Assembly: GCA_963768855.1 (NCBI GenBank)
Contig: CAVYJM010000012.1
Span: 58,961-122,960 of the forward strand
Reading direction: 5' to 3'
DNA length: 64,000 bases
Source: an uncultured Thermoplasmata archaeon
GTDB taxonomy: Archaea > Thermoplasmatota > Thermoplasmata > RBG-16-68-12
A program made the position numbers and the translations under genes. The notes beneath the pieces are model-generated. The model was not told where the DNA came from and made no database searches. It saw only the letters and a program-made list of their open reading frames with translations. How positions within the stretch are numbered: the stretch's first letter is position 1; every line of letters begins with the position of its first letter. Below, in pieces: positions 1 to 9,175 of this stretch.

Positions 1-459
1 AACGCCAAGAAGATCCGTGTGGCCTACCAGGACCCGTGCCGATCCTGCCGCCAGATGCCCGTGGACCCCGTCTACGAGGAGCCGCGGGAACTCATCAAAC
101 GCGTCGACAACGCGGAGCTCGTCGAGCTCAAGACGTTCCGCGCGGACGCCCAGTGCTGCGGCGTCGCGCAGATGATGTACTGCAACGACAAGACGAAGGG
201 CCTGACCCGCAAGCGGATGGACGAGGCCGACGAGGTCGGGGCGGACTACCTGCTGACGGCCTGTCCGAAATGCCTCACGCACTTCGGCTGCCTCCACCAC
301 GAGAACAAGTGGAAGCCCGGCGAGGAGCGCCAGAACTACCGGGTGATGGACATCACCCAGTTCCTCGCGGAGCGCCTCCCCGGCGACTACCCGTCCGGCA
401 GCAACGTCGACGCGAAGCGCAAGGAGCCGCCGCTTCCGGGCCGGAAGGGAGGCTGGTGA
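1..459 (+). CDS. CCG-domain Fe-S oxidoreductase subunit (HdrD/GlcF-like), 5'-truncated by the window
   Basis: Frame is open from base 1. Motifs YQDPCRSCR, QCCG and LLTACPKC are typical of the cysteine-rich CCG domain. Confidence 0.85.
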   Translation, partial: NAKKIRVAYQDPCRSCRQMPVDPVYEEPRELIKRVDNAELVELKTFRADAQCCGVAQMMYCNDKTKGLTRKRMDEADEVGADYLLTACPKCLTHFGCLHHENKWKPGEERQNYRVMDITQFLAERLPGDYPSGSNVDAKRKEPPLPGRKGGW

Positions 460-1070
460 TGGCCGCTCCGGCCGCAACCGCCAACCCACCCCCCGCGACG
501 CCTCCGCAGCCGGCGCCTCCGTCCAAGCCGGCGACACCCGCCCCCGCGGCGCCCCCGGCTCCTTCCGATCCGCTCGTGGCCTACTACCGTTCCGTGCGGC
601 AGATGAACTGGGATCTCGCCAAGCAGCGTTTCAAGGACCTCGGCGTCAAGGCGCGGACCCAGGAGTACATCCGCGGCCGCGGCACGACCGCGATCGTGGA
701 CGACGAGGTCTGCATGGGCTGCATGCACTGCTTCGACAACTGCGCCTTCGAGGCGATCAGCGCGCTCGACCGGAAGTTCTCCCTGCCCGACTACACGTAC
801 ACGTCGCGCAAGGCGACGATCATCGTGGAGAACTGCGTCGGGTGCGAGAAATGCGCGATCGTCTGCCCCGTCGACGCGATCAACATGATCACGAAGTTCG
901 GCTTCGAGAGCCGCGAGGGCAAGGTCGTCGAGATCGAGAAGCCCGCTCCGCCGAAGCCCCTCGCGCCCCCCGCGCCGCCCGCCGCGCCCCCGGCGAAGCC
1001 CGCGGGCCCCCCGCAGGCCCCGCCCAAGCCCGCCCCGCCGCCGACCCCCGCCCCGAAGGGAGGCGCCTAG
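459..1070 (+). CDS. 2x[4Fe-4S] ferredoxin-domain protein with Pro/Ala-rich termini
   Basis: ATG at 459 overlaps the upstream TGA (TGATG). Motifs CMGCMHCFDNC and CVGCEKCAIVCP are present. Confidence 0.85.
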   Translation: MAAPAATANPPPATPPQPAPPSKPATPAPAAPPAPSDPLVAYYRSVRQMNWDLAKQRFKDLGVKARTQEYIRGRGTTAIVDDEVCMGCMHCFDNCAFEAISALDRKFSLPDYTYTSRKATIIVENCVGCEKCAIVCPVDAINMITKFGFESREGKVVEIEKPAPPKPLAPPAPPAAPPAKPAGPPQAPPKPAPPPTPAPKGGA

Positions 1071-1406
1071 GTGGCCTCCGCGGCCGAGGGATCCGGGACG
1101 AGCCCGGTCGTCAAGGCCCGGAAGGCGCCCCGCCTCACGTACAAGCAGGAGATCCAGACGATCCAGAACATGCCGCGGGTCCAGCGCTTCATCGTCGTCA
1201 TGAAGATCGCGGGCGTCTTCCTCGTCGCGATCGGCATTGAGGGGATCGTGACGGCCACGTGGTGGATGGCGGTCCTCTTCATCCCGCTCGGGGTGGTCGT
1301 GTCCATGATGCCCATCAAGATCCGCACGGACCGCTGCATCGCCTGCCGGACGCCTCTGGCGCCGGGGGCGTCGATTTGTCCCGCTTGCGGAGCTCCTCAG
1401 ATGTAG
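1071..1406 (+). CDS. Small 2-TM membrane protein with C-terminal zinc ribbon
   Basis: GTG start directly follows the previous stop. Two hydrophobic segments precede CIAC...CPAC. Confidence 0.75.
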   Translation: MASAAEGSGTSPVVKARKAPRLTYKQEIQTIQNMPRVQRFIVVMKIAGVFLVAIGIEGIVTATWWMAVLFIPLGVVVSMMPIKIRTDRCIACRTPLAPGASICPACGAPQM

Positions 1407-1518
1407 GCGGGGTTCCGCAAACCTTGAAGTACCCGACGGCGATGACCGTCCGCTTCCCGGCGGATATCGCCATCGCCACGACTCGGCCCTACGCCCGTCG
1501 GGAGGAGGGCCGGCCCCC

Positions 1519-2031
1519 TTGACCACTGATACGTCGGACGCCATTCATCTCGCCGAACGGTGGAAGGGACTCGACCTCCGGTTGCTGCCGATCGACGAGG
1601 TGGACGTCCGGATCCTCAGCCGCCTCCGCGAGAACGCACGCCTCTCGAATGTGGAAATCGCCCGCGAGCTGGCGATTTCCGAAGCCACGATTCGCCGGCG
1701 GATCAAGGCCCTCGAGGAGAAGGGGATCATCCAGGGCTACTCCTGCTACCTGAACTACCAGCTCATCGAGAATCCGGTCAAGGCGTACGTGAACCTGGCC
1801 CTGGAGCCTGGGCAGCGCGAGAGCGTCGTCGCGAAGGTGACCGCCCACCCGCGTGCGGTCGCGGTCTACCGCGTCACGGGGGAGCACGACGTGCTGTGCG
1901 TCATGTTCTTCATCGACATGTCCGAGCTCCACGAGTTCCTGGACCGGTACCTGCAGATGCCGGGCATCCGCCACGTGGAGACCCAGATCGTCCTGAGCCC
2001 GTACAAGGGCGTCCCCTGGACCGGCGTTTGA
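1519..2031 (+). CDS. Lrp/AsnC family transcriptional regulator
   Basis: HTH DVRILSRLRENARLSNVEIARELAISEATIRRRIKALEEKGII; RAM domain VYRVTGEHDV. Confidence 0.92.
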   Translation: MTTDTSDAIHLAERWKGLDLRLLPIDEVDVRILSRLRENARLSNVEIARELAISEATIRRRIKALEEKGIIQGYSCYLNYQLIENPVKAYVNLALEPGQRESVVAKVTAHPRAVAVYRVTGEHDVLCVMFFIDMSELHEFLDRYLQMPGIRHVETQIVLSPYKGVPWTGV

Positions 2032-2034
2032 ACC

Positions 2035-3465
2035 TCACGGCCGGACGAGCGGTTCGAGGACGTGCGCGGAGTCGAACCGCAGCTTGATCTCCCGCAGGAA
2101 CCGCATCCGTTCGAGGTAGGCGGGATCCTCATTCCAGAGGTGCGCCAGGCGAGAGACGAGGACCGCTCCGGGGATCTTCTCGACGACCCGCACCACGCCC
2201 TTCGAGAGGTCGTACATGTGCGACCGGTCCTTGGGATGGTCGAAGAAGGGGAACGCGGAGAAGGTGCCGGACGCACGGAGGGTGCCGTAGAATCCGACCT
2301 TCGAGGCGACCTGCTGGCCGAGCGCCTTCAGGCGCGTCGCGAGGTCTCCCGCCGAGGCGGTCGGGAGTCGGACCTCCCCGACGAACAGGCTCCGCTCCGC
2401 GCGCTTCGCTGCCTTGTCGTACTCCGTCGCGGGGACGTCGAACGGGTTCGGGACCTCCGCGGACTTGACCTTGAAGCCGGCCAGCGCCGCGTCGAGCGCC
2501 TTCTCCCGGCCGGGGAGGCCCGAGGCGGTGCCCGCCAGGGCCACTTGGACCGTGAACGGGTCCGGGACGATTCCGGGCCGCAGAACGCCCGCCGCCACGG
2601 CGTCCGTGACGTGGACCCACGGGACGCGCTGTCCCGTCCGGGAGAGCTTGTCGAGTGCCGCGGAGAGCTTCGCCGGGTCATCGAAGGTGTAGGTGAGCGT
2701 CTTGCGGGCGGGAGGCTTCGGCGCCAGCCGCAGGGCCACCTCCACGGGCACGTAGAACTCCGCGGCGAGCGGGAGGGTCGCGTGGAGGACGTCGTATCCG
2801 GTCCCGTTGTTCGAGGCTGCCTCGAACCCGACCCGCGTCCGGTGGCCGTAGGCGGAGATCGTCCGCAGGGCGTTCACGTAGGCGCCGAACTCCCCGTCGA
2901 AGGCGGCGAGGGGCGCGTCCCCCCAGACCGCGTCGCCGATTGCGAAGCCGAGCGGGACGGTCGGCACCACCGGAAGGAGGTGCCCCTTCGCGAGGGCTTC
3001 GTCGTACAGGCGCTTCCAAGGGAGGCCGACCTGCGCGATCGCCGCGTGTCCCTTCTCGGTGAGCTCGAGCCCGGTGTACGCAGAGAAGTCGACCTGCACG
3101 CCGCGTTGCTCGGGGACGAGCCAGTCGAACGTCAGGAGGGTGTGCGGCTTCACCGTGAGTCCGATCTCGCGGTCCTTCCCGACGCCGAGCTGCGTGCGGA
3201 AGTAGTTGTAGTCCGCGGCGTCGAGCCCGAGGTTCAGCGTGCTCTCGGAGCCGTTCAGGACCTGGATCAGCTTCCGCAGGTCCGCGTCGTCCTTGACCTT
3301 GACCGTAACCGCGGGCGTGCGCGTCAGGTCGGCGATGATCTCCCGCGGCAGGACCCGGTCGTTCCGAACGAACAGGGCGTGGATGAGCGCCTCGCGGATC
3401 ATCTCCGAAAGGGCGGGGATCTCCGTGGCGGCCTCGATGTAGTTCCAGTCGCGCAGGAGTCCCAT
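2035..3465 (-). CDS. Divergent FAD-binding oxidoreductase-family subunit (GlcE-like partner)
   Basis: VAO/PCMH-like segments (PAVTVKVKD, AQVGLPWKRL, C-terminal FDSAHVLEP) are visible, but the glycine-rich FAD motif is degenerate. Confidence 0.65.
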   Translation of the reverse strand: MGLLRDWNYIEAATEIPALSEMIREALIHALFVRNDRVLPREIIADLTRTPAVTVKVKDDADLRKLIQVLNGSESTLNLGLDAADYNYFRTQLGVGKDREIGLTVKPHTLLTFDWLVPEQRGVQVDFSAYTGLELTEKGHAAIAQVGLPWKRLYDEALAKGHLLPVVPTVPLGFAIGDAVWGDAPLAAFDGEFGAYVNALRTISAYGHRTRVGFEAASNNGTGYDVLHATLPLAAEFYVPVEVALRLAPKPPARKTLTYTFDDPAKLSAALDKLSRTGQRVPWVHVTDAVAAGVLRPGIVPDPFTVQVALAGTASGLPGREKALDAALAGFKVKSAEVPNPFDVPATEYDKAAKRAERSLFVGEVRLPTASAGDLATRLKALGQQVASKVGFYGTLRASGTFSAFPFFDHPKDRSHMYDLSKGVVRVVEKIPGAVLVSRLAHLWNEDPAYLERMRFLREIKLRFDSAHVLEPLVRP

Positions 3466-3466
3466 C

Positions 3467-4990
3467 CTAATCCGCCTCCTTGCCCCGCTCGTACGATCGC
3501 ACGAACTTGTCCTGGGTCGGCTTGATCCTCCGCAAGAACGCGGCGAGGTCGAGACCGATTCGCATCGCCGGCGGCGGGATGGCCCGGATCCCCGGGAACT
3601 GGTACTTCGTCCACACCTCGATCGTCTTCCCCGGGTTCACCTTCCGCTTCGGGTCGAAGACATCCTTGACGTACGCGGTGTAAAGGGCCGCGCGGCCGTG
3701 CATCGTCCGGAGGTTGAAGACCATGAAGAGGCCGAGCCCCATCGGGTGGCCGCCGAGCTCGAAGGCGGCGTCCCCCATCTTCTTCACGTATCCGAGGGCC
3801 GTGCCGCCGCTGGGCACCGTGTCGTCCATCAGGACGTAGGGCGCGAGGATCACGGAGGTCGCGTCGATGGGGTGCGCCTGGACCGCGCCGTTGAGCTTCA
3901 TCTTGCGGATCAGCTCCCGCGCTGTGTCGCAGGCCTCCGGGAGCTTCGCGAGCGGGACCACGTTGTTCGCGACGATCAGGCCGCGGCTCATCCGCCGCGC
4001 GCTGTACATCCGGAACCGGTGCTCCCAGAGCGCGTCGGGCTCCGCCTGGGGGCGCTTCGTCCCCTGGTTCTTCGGCGCGAGAGCGTCGAGGGTCTTCTCC
4101 TGGTCCGCGACGTCGTCCTTCGGCCCGGCGAGGCACACGAGGACCAGGTCGGCCGGCTCGGGCGTGTCCGTGCGCAGCGCCCTCTCGAACACGAAGTGAT
4201 CCTTGTCGAGCAGGGAGATGTGGTACGCCTGGATCCCTGAGTCGACGACCGCCTGGAGGAAGGTCGCGGCCGCCTTCAGGGTCGGGAAGGCGTACGCGAC
4301 GGGTTTCATCAGATCGGGTTTCGGGTCCAGCCGGAGGGTCGCGGCGGTCAGGACGCCGAGCGTCCCCTCCGCCCCGAAGAAGAGCGGCGTCAGGTCCGCG
4401 AACTGGCCCCCCGCGTCGCGCGCGAGCGCGGTGCGGAGGACCCGGTTGTCCGGCAGGACGACCTCGAGGTCGCGGACGACCTGGCGGAGCGCTCCGTTGC
4501 GGAAGGCGCCGAAGCCGACCACGTCGCTGTTGATCGCGCCTCCCACCGTGCTCGCCATCGCGTTCGTCGGCATGGAGGGGAGGGTGAGTCCGCGCGCCTC
4601 GACGTACTCGGCGACGTCCTGCCAGGTCGCACCCGCCTCGACGGTCACCGTGCGCGCCTGCGGGTCGAAGGCGCGGATCTTGTTCATCTTGCGGAGGTCG
4701 ATCAGGACGCCGCCCCGGTTCGGGACCGATCCGCCGTACCAGCCCGTCCCGCCGCCCCGCGGGACGATCGGGAGGCCCGACTCGTCGCTGAGCTTCACGA
4801 TCGCCGCGACCTCTTCCGTGGTCTGCGGCAGGACGACGAAGTCCGGGTAGAGGCGCCACTGCAGGAGCGCAATCTTGGGGAGGGAGGCGAAGTCGTGGCT
4901 GTAGACCATCCGGTCAAACTCGGTCCGGGAGACGCGCTCGGGACCGAGGGTGTTCACGAGGCGGCGGTATGCGTAATCGGTGTTCGCCAG
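3467..4990 (-). CDS. FAD-binding oxidoreductase (GlcD/D-lactate dehydrogenase family); start probably CTG 4990, alternatively GTG 4957
   Basis: Motifs PDFVVLPQTTEEV, PRGGGTGWYGG, STVGGAIN, FFGAEGTLGV and DPKRKVNPGK. Confidence 0.9.
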   Translation of the reverse strand: MANTDYAYRRLVNTLGPERVSRTEFDRMVYSHDFASLPKIALLQWRLYPDFVVLPQTTEEVAAIVKLSDESGLPIVPRGGGTGWYGGSVPNRGGVLIDLRKMNKIRAFDPQARTVTVEAGATWQDVAEYVEARGLTLPSMPTNAMASTVGGAINSDVVGFGAFRNGALRQVVRDLEVVLPDNRVLRTALARDAGGQFADLTPLFFGAEGTLGVLTAATLRLDPKPDLMKPVAYAFPTLKAAATFLQAVVDSGIQAYHISLLDKDHFVFERALRTDTPEPADLVLVCLAGPKDDVADQEKTLDALAPKNQGTKRPQAEPDALWEHRFRMYSARRMSRGLIVANNVVPLAKLPEACDTARELIRKMKLNGAVQAHPIDATSVILAPYVLMDDTVPSGGTALGYVKKMGDAAFELGGHPMGLGLFMVFNLRTMHGRAALYTAYVKDVFDPKRKVNPGKTIEVWTKYQFPGIRAIPPPAMRIGLDLAAFLRRIKPTQDKFVRSYERGKEAD

Positions 4991-5080
4991 ACTCCCATCT
5001 CCAAGCCGCGGGCGTCCGTAACCCCATGGCCCTGATAAAGGTAACGCGGAAGGACCGCGCGGTACTGGAGAGCCGGGCGT

Positions 5081-5497
5081 TCAGACGTTGAGCGCCTTGA
5101 TCACGAGCTCGCGGAGCCGCTTCGCATCCACCGAGGCATCGTACACGCCGAGGCTCTGCGCGGCGGAGATGACCTGGTTGTCCGGTGCCCCATCAACCGC
5201 ACGCGCGATGTCGAGCTTGACCTGGAGGTCCGACTTCCCCACCGTCGAGATCCCGAGGGAGCTCGCGGCGCGGTCCACCTTGACCCGCGGTTCCTCCTGC
5301 GTGAACTGCTGGTTGATCTCCCGTTCGATTTCCATCCGACCGCGGCGGAACTCCCCCATCGCCCGGCCGAACCCGCGGGCGAGCTCGGGCAGTTTCGACG
5401 GACCGAACAGGAAGAGCGCCGCGACGATGACGAGAAGGATGATCCACTCGATGCCCTCGATCTGCGCGGTGAGGTCGATGAAGGAGAACGCGGACAC
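5081..5497 (-). CDS. tatA: Twin-arginine translocase TatA with C-terminal extension
   Basis: LFLFGPSKLPELARGFGRAMGEFRR; GTG start after a GAGGT Shine-Dalgarno (SD) sequence. Confidence 0.9.
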   Translation of the reverse strand: MSAFSFIDLTAQIEGIEWIILLVIVAALFLFGPSKLPELARGFGRAMGEFRRGRMEIEREINQQFTQEEPRVKVDRAASSLGISTVGKSDLQVKLDIARAVDGAPDNQVISAAQSLGVYDASVDAKRLRELVIKALNV

Positions 5498-5533
5498 GCC
5501 CTGTACCTCGACGCTGACCAACCGGTTCGAGGA

Positions 5534-6397
5534 TTAAGAGCTTTTCGGACGTGTCGACCGCCGTTTCTGCGCCCGCCACGAGAACGCGTAGCCCACCACG
5601 TACAGGAAAAGCATCGGCAGGGCGACGAAGAGCATCGTGACGCCGCTGCCGTCCGGGGTGATCAGGGCGCCGAAGACGAAGATGCCCGCGGTGGCGATGC
5701 GCCAGTGGCGCTTCCAGAAGTCCGCGGACACGATCCCCAGCGCGGACAGCCCGTACATCAGGACGGGGAGCTGGAACGCCAGGCCGAAGGCCAGGCTGAA
5801 GAGGAGGACGAAGTCGATGAAGTTGTCCCCGTACAGGACGAGGAAATTGGCCCCCATGATGTTCTGCACGGAGAAGAGGAGGTTGAACGTGAAGGGCAGC
5901 ACGATGACGAAGCACATCATCACCCCCGCCAGGAACAGGACCACGACGGGCAGGGTGGCCCGCACGAGGAGCCGCTTCTCCGAGGGCCTCAGCGCGGGGG
6001 CGACGAACTGCCCCAGCTCGTACACGATGACCGGCGATCCGATGACGACGGCCAGGAAGAAGGCGACCTTGAACATGACGACGTAAGCGTCCCAGGGTTG
6101 CTGGAAACTGAAGTTCAGCGGGAGCCCGCCGACCCGGTCCGGGACGAGGTAGGTCTTCATCGCCAGGAAGAACCACGTGGCGACGTTCGGGCTCGTCGGG
6201 CCGAGGGCCGGCACGAGCATCGGGATCTGGGTTCCGCCGAGCGACACACTCCCGATGCCCGTCGTGAGGAAGAGGGCAAACAGGATGAGCACGGCGATGA
6301 TGATGACCTTGAGTCGTCGGCGGAGCTCTTCGATGTGGTCCCAGAAGCTCATCTGCCCCTGGTCCTCGAGGTCCTTCTTCGCCGGGCTCGCGCTCAC
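5534..6397 (-). CDS. tatC: Twin-arginine translocase TatC
   Basis: MSFWDHIEELRRRL, FQLPVLM, GALITPDG; TATAAG lies about 29 nt upstream of GTG 6397. Confidence 0.93.
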   Translation of the reverse strand: MSASPAKKDLEDQGQMSFWDHIEELRRRLKVIIIAVLILFALFLTTGIGSVSLGGTQIPMLVPALGPTSPNVATWFFLAMKTYLVPDRVGGLPLNFSFQQPWDAYVVMFKVAFFLAVVIGSPVIVYELGQFVAPALRPSEKRLLVRATLPVVVLFLAGVMMCFVIVLPFTFNLLFSVQNIMGANFLVLYGDNFIDFVLLFSLAFGLAFQLPVLMYGLSALGIVSADFWKRHWRIATAGIFVFGALITPDGSGVTMLFVALPMLFLYVVGYAFSWRAQKRRSTRPKSS

Positions 6398-6455
6398 GTC
6401 CTTCGGCGCGCTCAAGGGGTCGGAGCTTATAGCCGTTTGCGGTGGACGGAGCCCA

Positions 6456-7022
6456 TCAGAAGGAGTACCGGTCCTCGGTCCAGGGGTCCGCCGTGTTGCT
6501 GTAGCCGCGGACCTCCCAGTAGCCCAGCTGGTCCTCTTTGGTGAATGTGATTTGCCGCACCCACTTCGCACTCTTCCAGGCATATCGCTTAGGCACGAGG
6601 AGCCGCACCGGGCCGCCGTGCTCGATGGGGAGCGGGTTCCCGTCCCAGCGGTACGTCATGAGGACGTCGGAATCGTAGAGCACACTCAGCGGATGTGACG
6701 TCGTATAGCCGTCCCCGCAGGTGAAGATCGCGTACTTCGCGGCGGGACGGACGCGGGCCCGCGATGCAAGCTCCCGGACTGTGACGCCATCCCACGTGTT
6801 GTCGAAGGTCGTCCAGCCTGTGACACAGTGGAAGTCCGAGGTCACAGCCGCACTCGGCAGGGCGAGGAACTCCTCGTAGGTCAGGCGCAGCGGTGCATCG
6901 ACCTCACCGTCCACTCGGAAGTCCCAGGTCTTCGGGTCGAACCGCGGGACGACGCCGAGGTCGAGGCGCGGCCACTTCCGGACCGTGTGCTGCCCCGGCG
7001 GGAGCCGCCTCGGATCGGCCAT
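6456..7022 (-). CDS. Sulfite-oxidase-like molybdopterin oxidoreductase (MsrP/YuiH-like, no signal peptide)
   Basis: [47 protein letters not shown] box about 27 nt upstream of ATG 7022. Confidence 0.9.
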   Translation of the reverse strand: MADPRRLPPGQHTVRKWPRLDLGVVPRFDPKTWDFRVDGEVDAPLRLTYEEFLALPSAAVTSDFHCVTGWTTFDNTWDGVTVRELASRARVRPAAKYAIFTCGDGYTTSHPLSVLYDSDVLMTYRWDGNPLPIEHGGPVRLLVPKRYAWKSAKWVRQITFTKEDQLGYWEVRGYSNTADPWTEDRYSF

Positions 7023-7046
7023 CTGGGAAATCCAATGGAACCCCCG

Positions 7047-7145
7047 AATATAAATGGTTGCAGACTCCCGTCCGGGGTGGTGCACAAGGCCTGTTTCTAG
7101 GGAGAAACGGGGCCGCTCCTTACCGTGCGCGCCAAAGGTTTAATA
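7047..7145. promoter_or_regulatory. Divergent archaeal TATA boxes (minus strand 7049-7054 for the Mo-enzyme gene; plus strand 7139-7145 for the nuo operon)
   Basis: AT-rich boxes TTTATA and TTTAATA in a GC-rich context, 25-27 nt before leaderless start codons. Confidence 0.6.
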
Positions 7146-7169
7146 GGCTAACCTTTTTTCCTGCGCCGG

Positions 7170-7547
7170 ATGGCACTCCTCGACACCTACGGACCAATCG
7201 TCATTTTCGCCATCGTGGCTATCCTCTTCCCGCTGGGCACCTTCTTCGCGACCCGCCTGTTCCGCCCGACGAACCCGACCCCGCTCAAGGACCTCGTGTA
7301 CGAGTGCGGCGAGGTGCCGGAGGGCGAGGCCCAGATCGAGTTCCACTTCCAGTACTACATGTTCGCCTTGATCTTCCTGGTCTTCGACGTCGCAGCGATC
7401 TTCCTTCTTCTGTGGGCGTTCGCGTGGGGTGGGCTCCTCGATCCGGCCACCCCTCCCATCGCGCGGTATTCCCCGATCATGTTCCTGATCATCATGTTCG
7501 TCGCCACGCAGTACGCGCTGAAGAAGGAAGAGGTCATCCACATATGA
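7170..7547 (+). CDS. nuoA: Complex I-like subunit A
   Basis: YECGE and [13 protein letters not shown]; 3 TM segments. Confidence 0.95.
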   Translation: MALLDTYGPIVIFAIVAILFPLGTFFATRLFRPTNPTPLKDLVYECGEVPEGEAQIEFHFQYYMFALIFLVFDVAAIFLLLWAFAWGGLLDPATPPIARYSPIMFLIIMFVATQYALKKEEVIHI

Positions 7548-8080
7548 GCACGGCCCCCGCGCGCGCTCCGGAGATGAACGACCGGCCCGTGGCGGGCATC
7601 GAGGTCGAGGTCCTCGCGGACCTGAAGCGGCAGTTCGGCGCCAAGCTGCTCGAGGCCCGCGTCGTGCGGCCGCTCGTCGTCGAGGTGGCGATCGACCGGG
7701 CGGACCTCGTCGCCGTGTGCCAGCATCTCAAGGAGGCCGCGCACTTCGAGCACCTCGGATGCATCAGCGCGGTGGACTGGAAGGACCACTACGAGAGCGT
7801 CTACCACCTGGAGAACTACTACAACGGGTGCGTCGTCCAGATCAACGCGCGGATCCCGCACGACGACCCGAAGATCGCCACGGTGTGTCCCCTCTGGAAC
7901 GCCGCGAACTACCACGAGCGGGAGGCCTGGGACCTCATGGGCATCGTGTATGTGGGCCACCCGGACCTGAGGCGCATCTTGCTCCCGGACGACTTCAAGT
8001 TCCACCCGCTGCGAAAGGACTTCCCTCAGGAGGTCGACCGGCAGTACATCAGCCGCCGCAAGCTCAAGGGAGGGAAGTGA
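7544..8080 (+). CDS. nuoC: Complex I-like subunit C
   Basis: ATGA overlap with nuoA; [28 protein letters not shown]...HPLRKDF. Confidence 0.95.
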   Translation: MSTAPARAPEMNDRPVAGIEVEVLADLKRQFGAKLLEARVVRPLVVEVAIDRADLVAVCQHLKEAAHFEHLGCISAVDWKDHYESVYHLENYYNGCVVQINARIPHDDPKIATVCPLWNAANYHEREAWDLMGIVYVGHPDLRRILLPDDFKFHPLRKDFPQEVDRQYISRRKLKGGK

Positions 8081-9175
8081 GTGCCCGAGTTCTGGATTAA
8101 CATGGGGCCGCAGCACCCCATGACCCACGGGCTCTGGAATATGAAGGTCAAGGTCGACGGGGAGACGATCACGGACGCGAAACCGGAGATCGGATACCTG
8201 CACCGCGGCGTCGAGAAGATCGCGGAGGTGCGGGAGTTCCAGAAGGTCATCGTGCTCACGGACCGCCTGTGCTACGTGTCCTCGATCACCTGGTCCCACG
8301 CGTACTGCCTGGCCGTAGAGAAGATGATGGGCGTGGAGGTGCCTGAACGGGGCCAGTACCTCCGGGTGATCTCCCTGGAGTTGCAGCGGATCGCCTCGCA
8401 CCTGATGTGGCTCGCGGCGTACGGCCCGGACCTCGGCCTGCTGACCGTCCTCCTCTGGTCCCTCCGCGAGCGGGAGCTGTTCCTCGACCTGATCCAGCTC
8501 ATGTCCGGGATGCGCATGAACCAGAACTACCCGCGGATCGGCGGCGTGCGCAACGACATCCCGGACAACTTCGAGGCGATGTGCAAGCGCAGCATCACCC
8601 ACTTCCTCGGGAAGCTGGACAAGGAGTACTCGGCGATGCTCCATGAGTCCAAGATCTTCCACATGCGCACGCAGGGCGTGGGGATGATCTCCGCCGCGGA
8701 GGCGATCAACTGGGGGGTCACGGGTCCGAACCTCCGTGCGTGCGGCGTGAATGTGGACGTGAGGCGCCTGGACCCCTACGAGGTCTACGAGGAGATGGAC
8801 TTCGAGCCCCAGGTCTGGAAGGGACCCGACGCCGGCGACTCGTACTCCCGGTTCATCTGCCGGTTCAACGAGATGCGGGAATCGTGCAAGATCGTCCTCC
8901 AGGCCCTCGCGAAGATGCCGAAGGAGGGTGCCTATCGGACCAAACCGCCGCGCCGCGCGGAGGGCGAGGGCTACGTCCGCACGGAGGATTCCCGCGGCGA
9001 GGCCCTATTTTACGTCCTGGGCGATGGCGACGACCGGCCGTACCGCGTCAAGATCCGCAGCCCGATCTTCTGCACGATGGCCGCGACGCCAATCATGCTC
9101 CGCGGTAACAAGCTCGCGGACAGCGTGGCGATCCTCGGGTCCATCGACGTCTGTGTGGGGGAGATCGACAAGTGA
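8081..9175 (+). CDS. nuoD: Complex I-like subunit D
   Basis: NMGPQHPMTHG, GYLHRGVEK, RIASHL, RVKIRSP. Confidence 0.96.
   Translation: MPEFWINMGPQHPMTHGLWNMKVKVDGETITDAKPEIGYLHRGVEKIAEVREFQKVIVLTDRLCYVSSITWSHAYCLAVEKMMGVEVPERGQYLRVISLELQRIASHLMWLAAYGPDLGLLTVLLWSLRERELFLDLIQLMSGMRMNQNYPRIGGVRNDIPDNFEAMCKRSITHFLGKLDKEYSAMLHESKIFHMRTQGVGMISAAEAINWGVTGPNLRACGVNVDVRRLDPYEVYEEMDFEPQVWKGPDAGDSYSRFICRFNEMRESCKIVLQALAKMPKEGAYRTKPPRRAEGEGYVRTEDSRGEALFYVLGDGDDRPYRVKIRSPIFCTMAATPIMLRGNKLADSVAILGSIDVCVGEIDK

Noticed and set aside
940-1065. CRISPR-like or tandem repeats
   Set aside because: These are codons of a Pro/Ala-rich linker. No repeat-spacer periodicity was seen here or elsewhere in the window.
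459-1070. Ferredoxin protein as the missing NuoI
   Set aside because: It is coupled to the CCG gene, has proline arms and shows no NuoI-like N-terminal helix.
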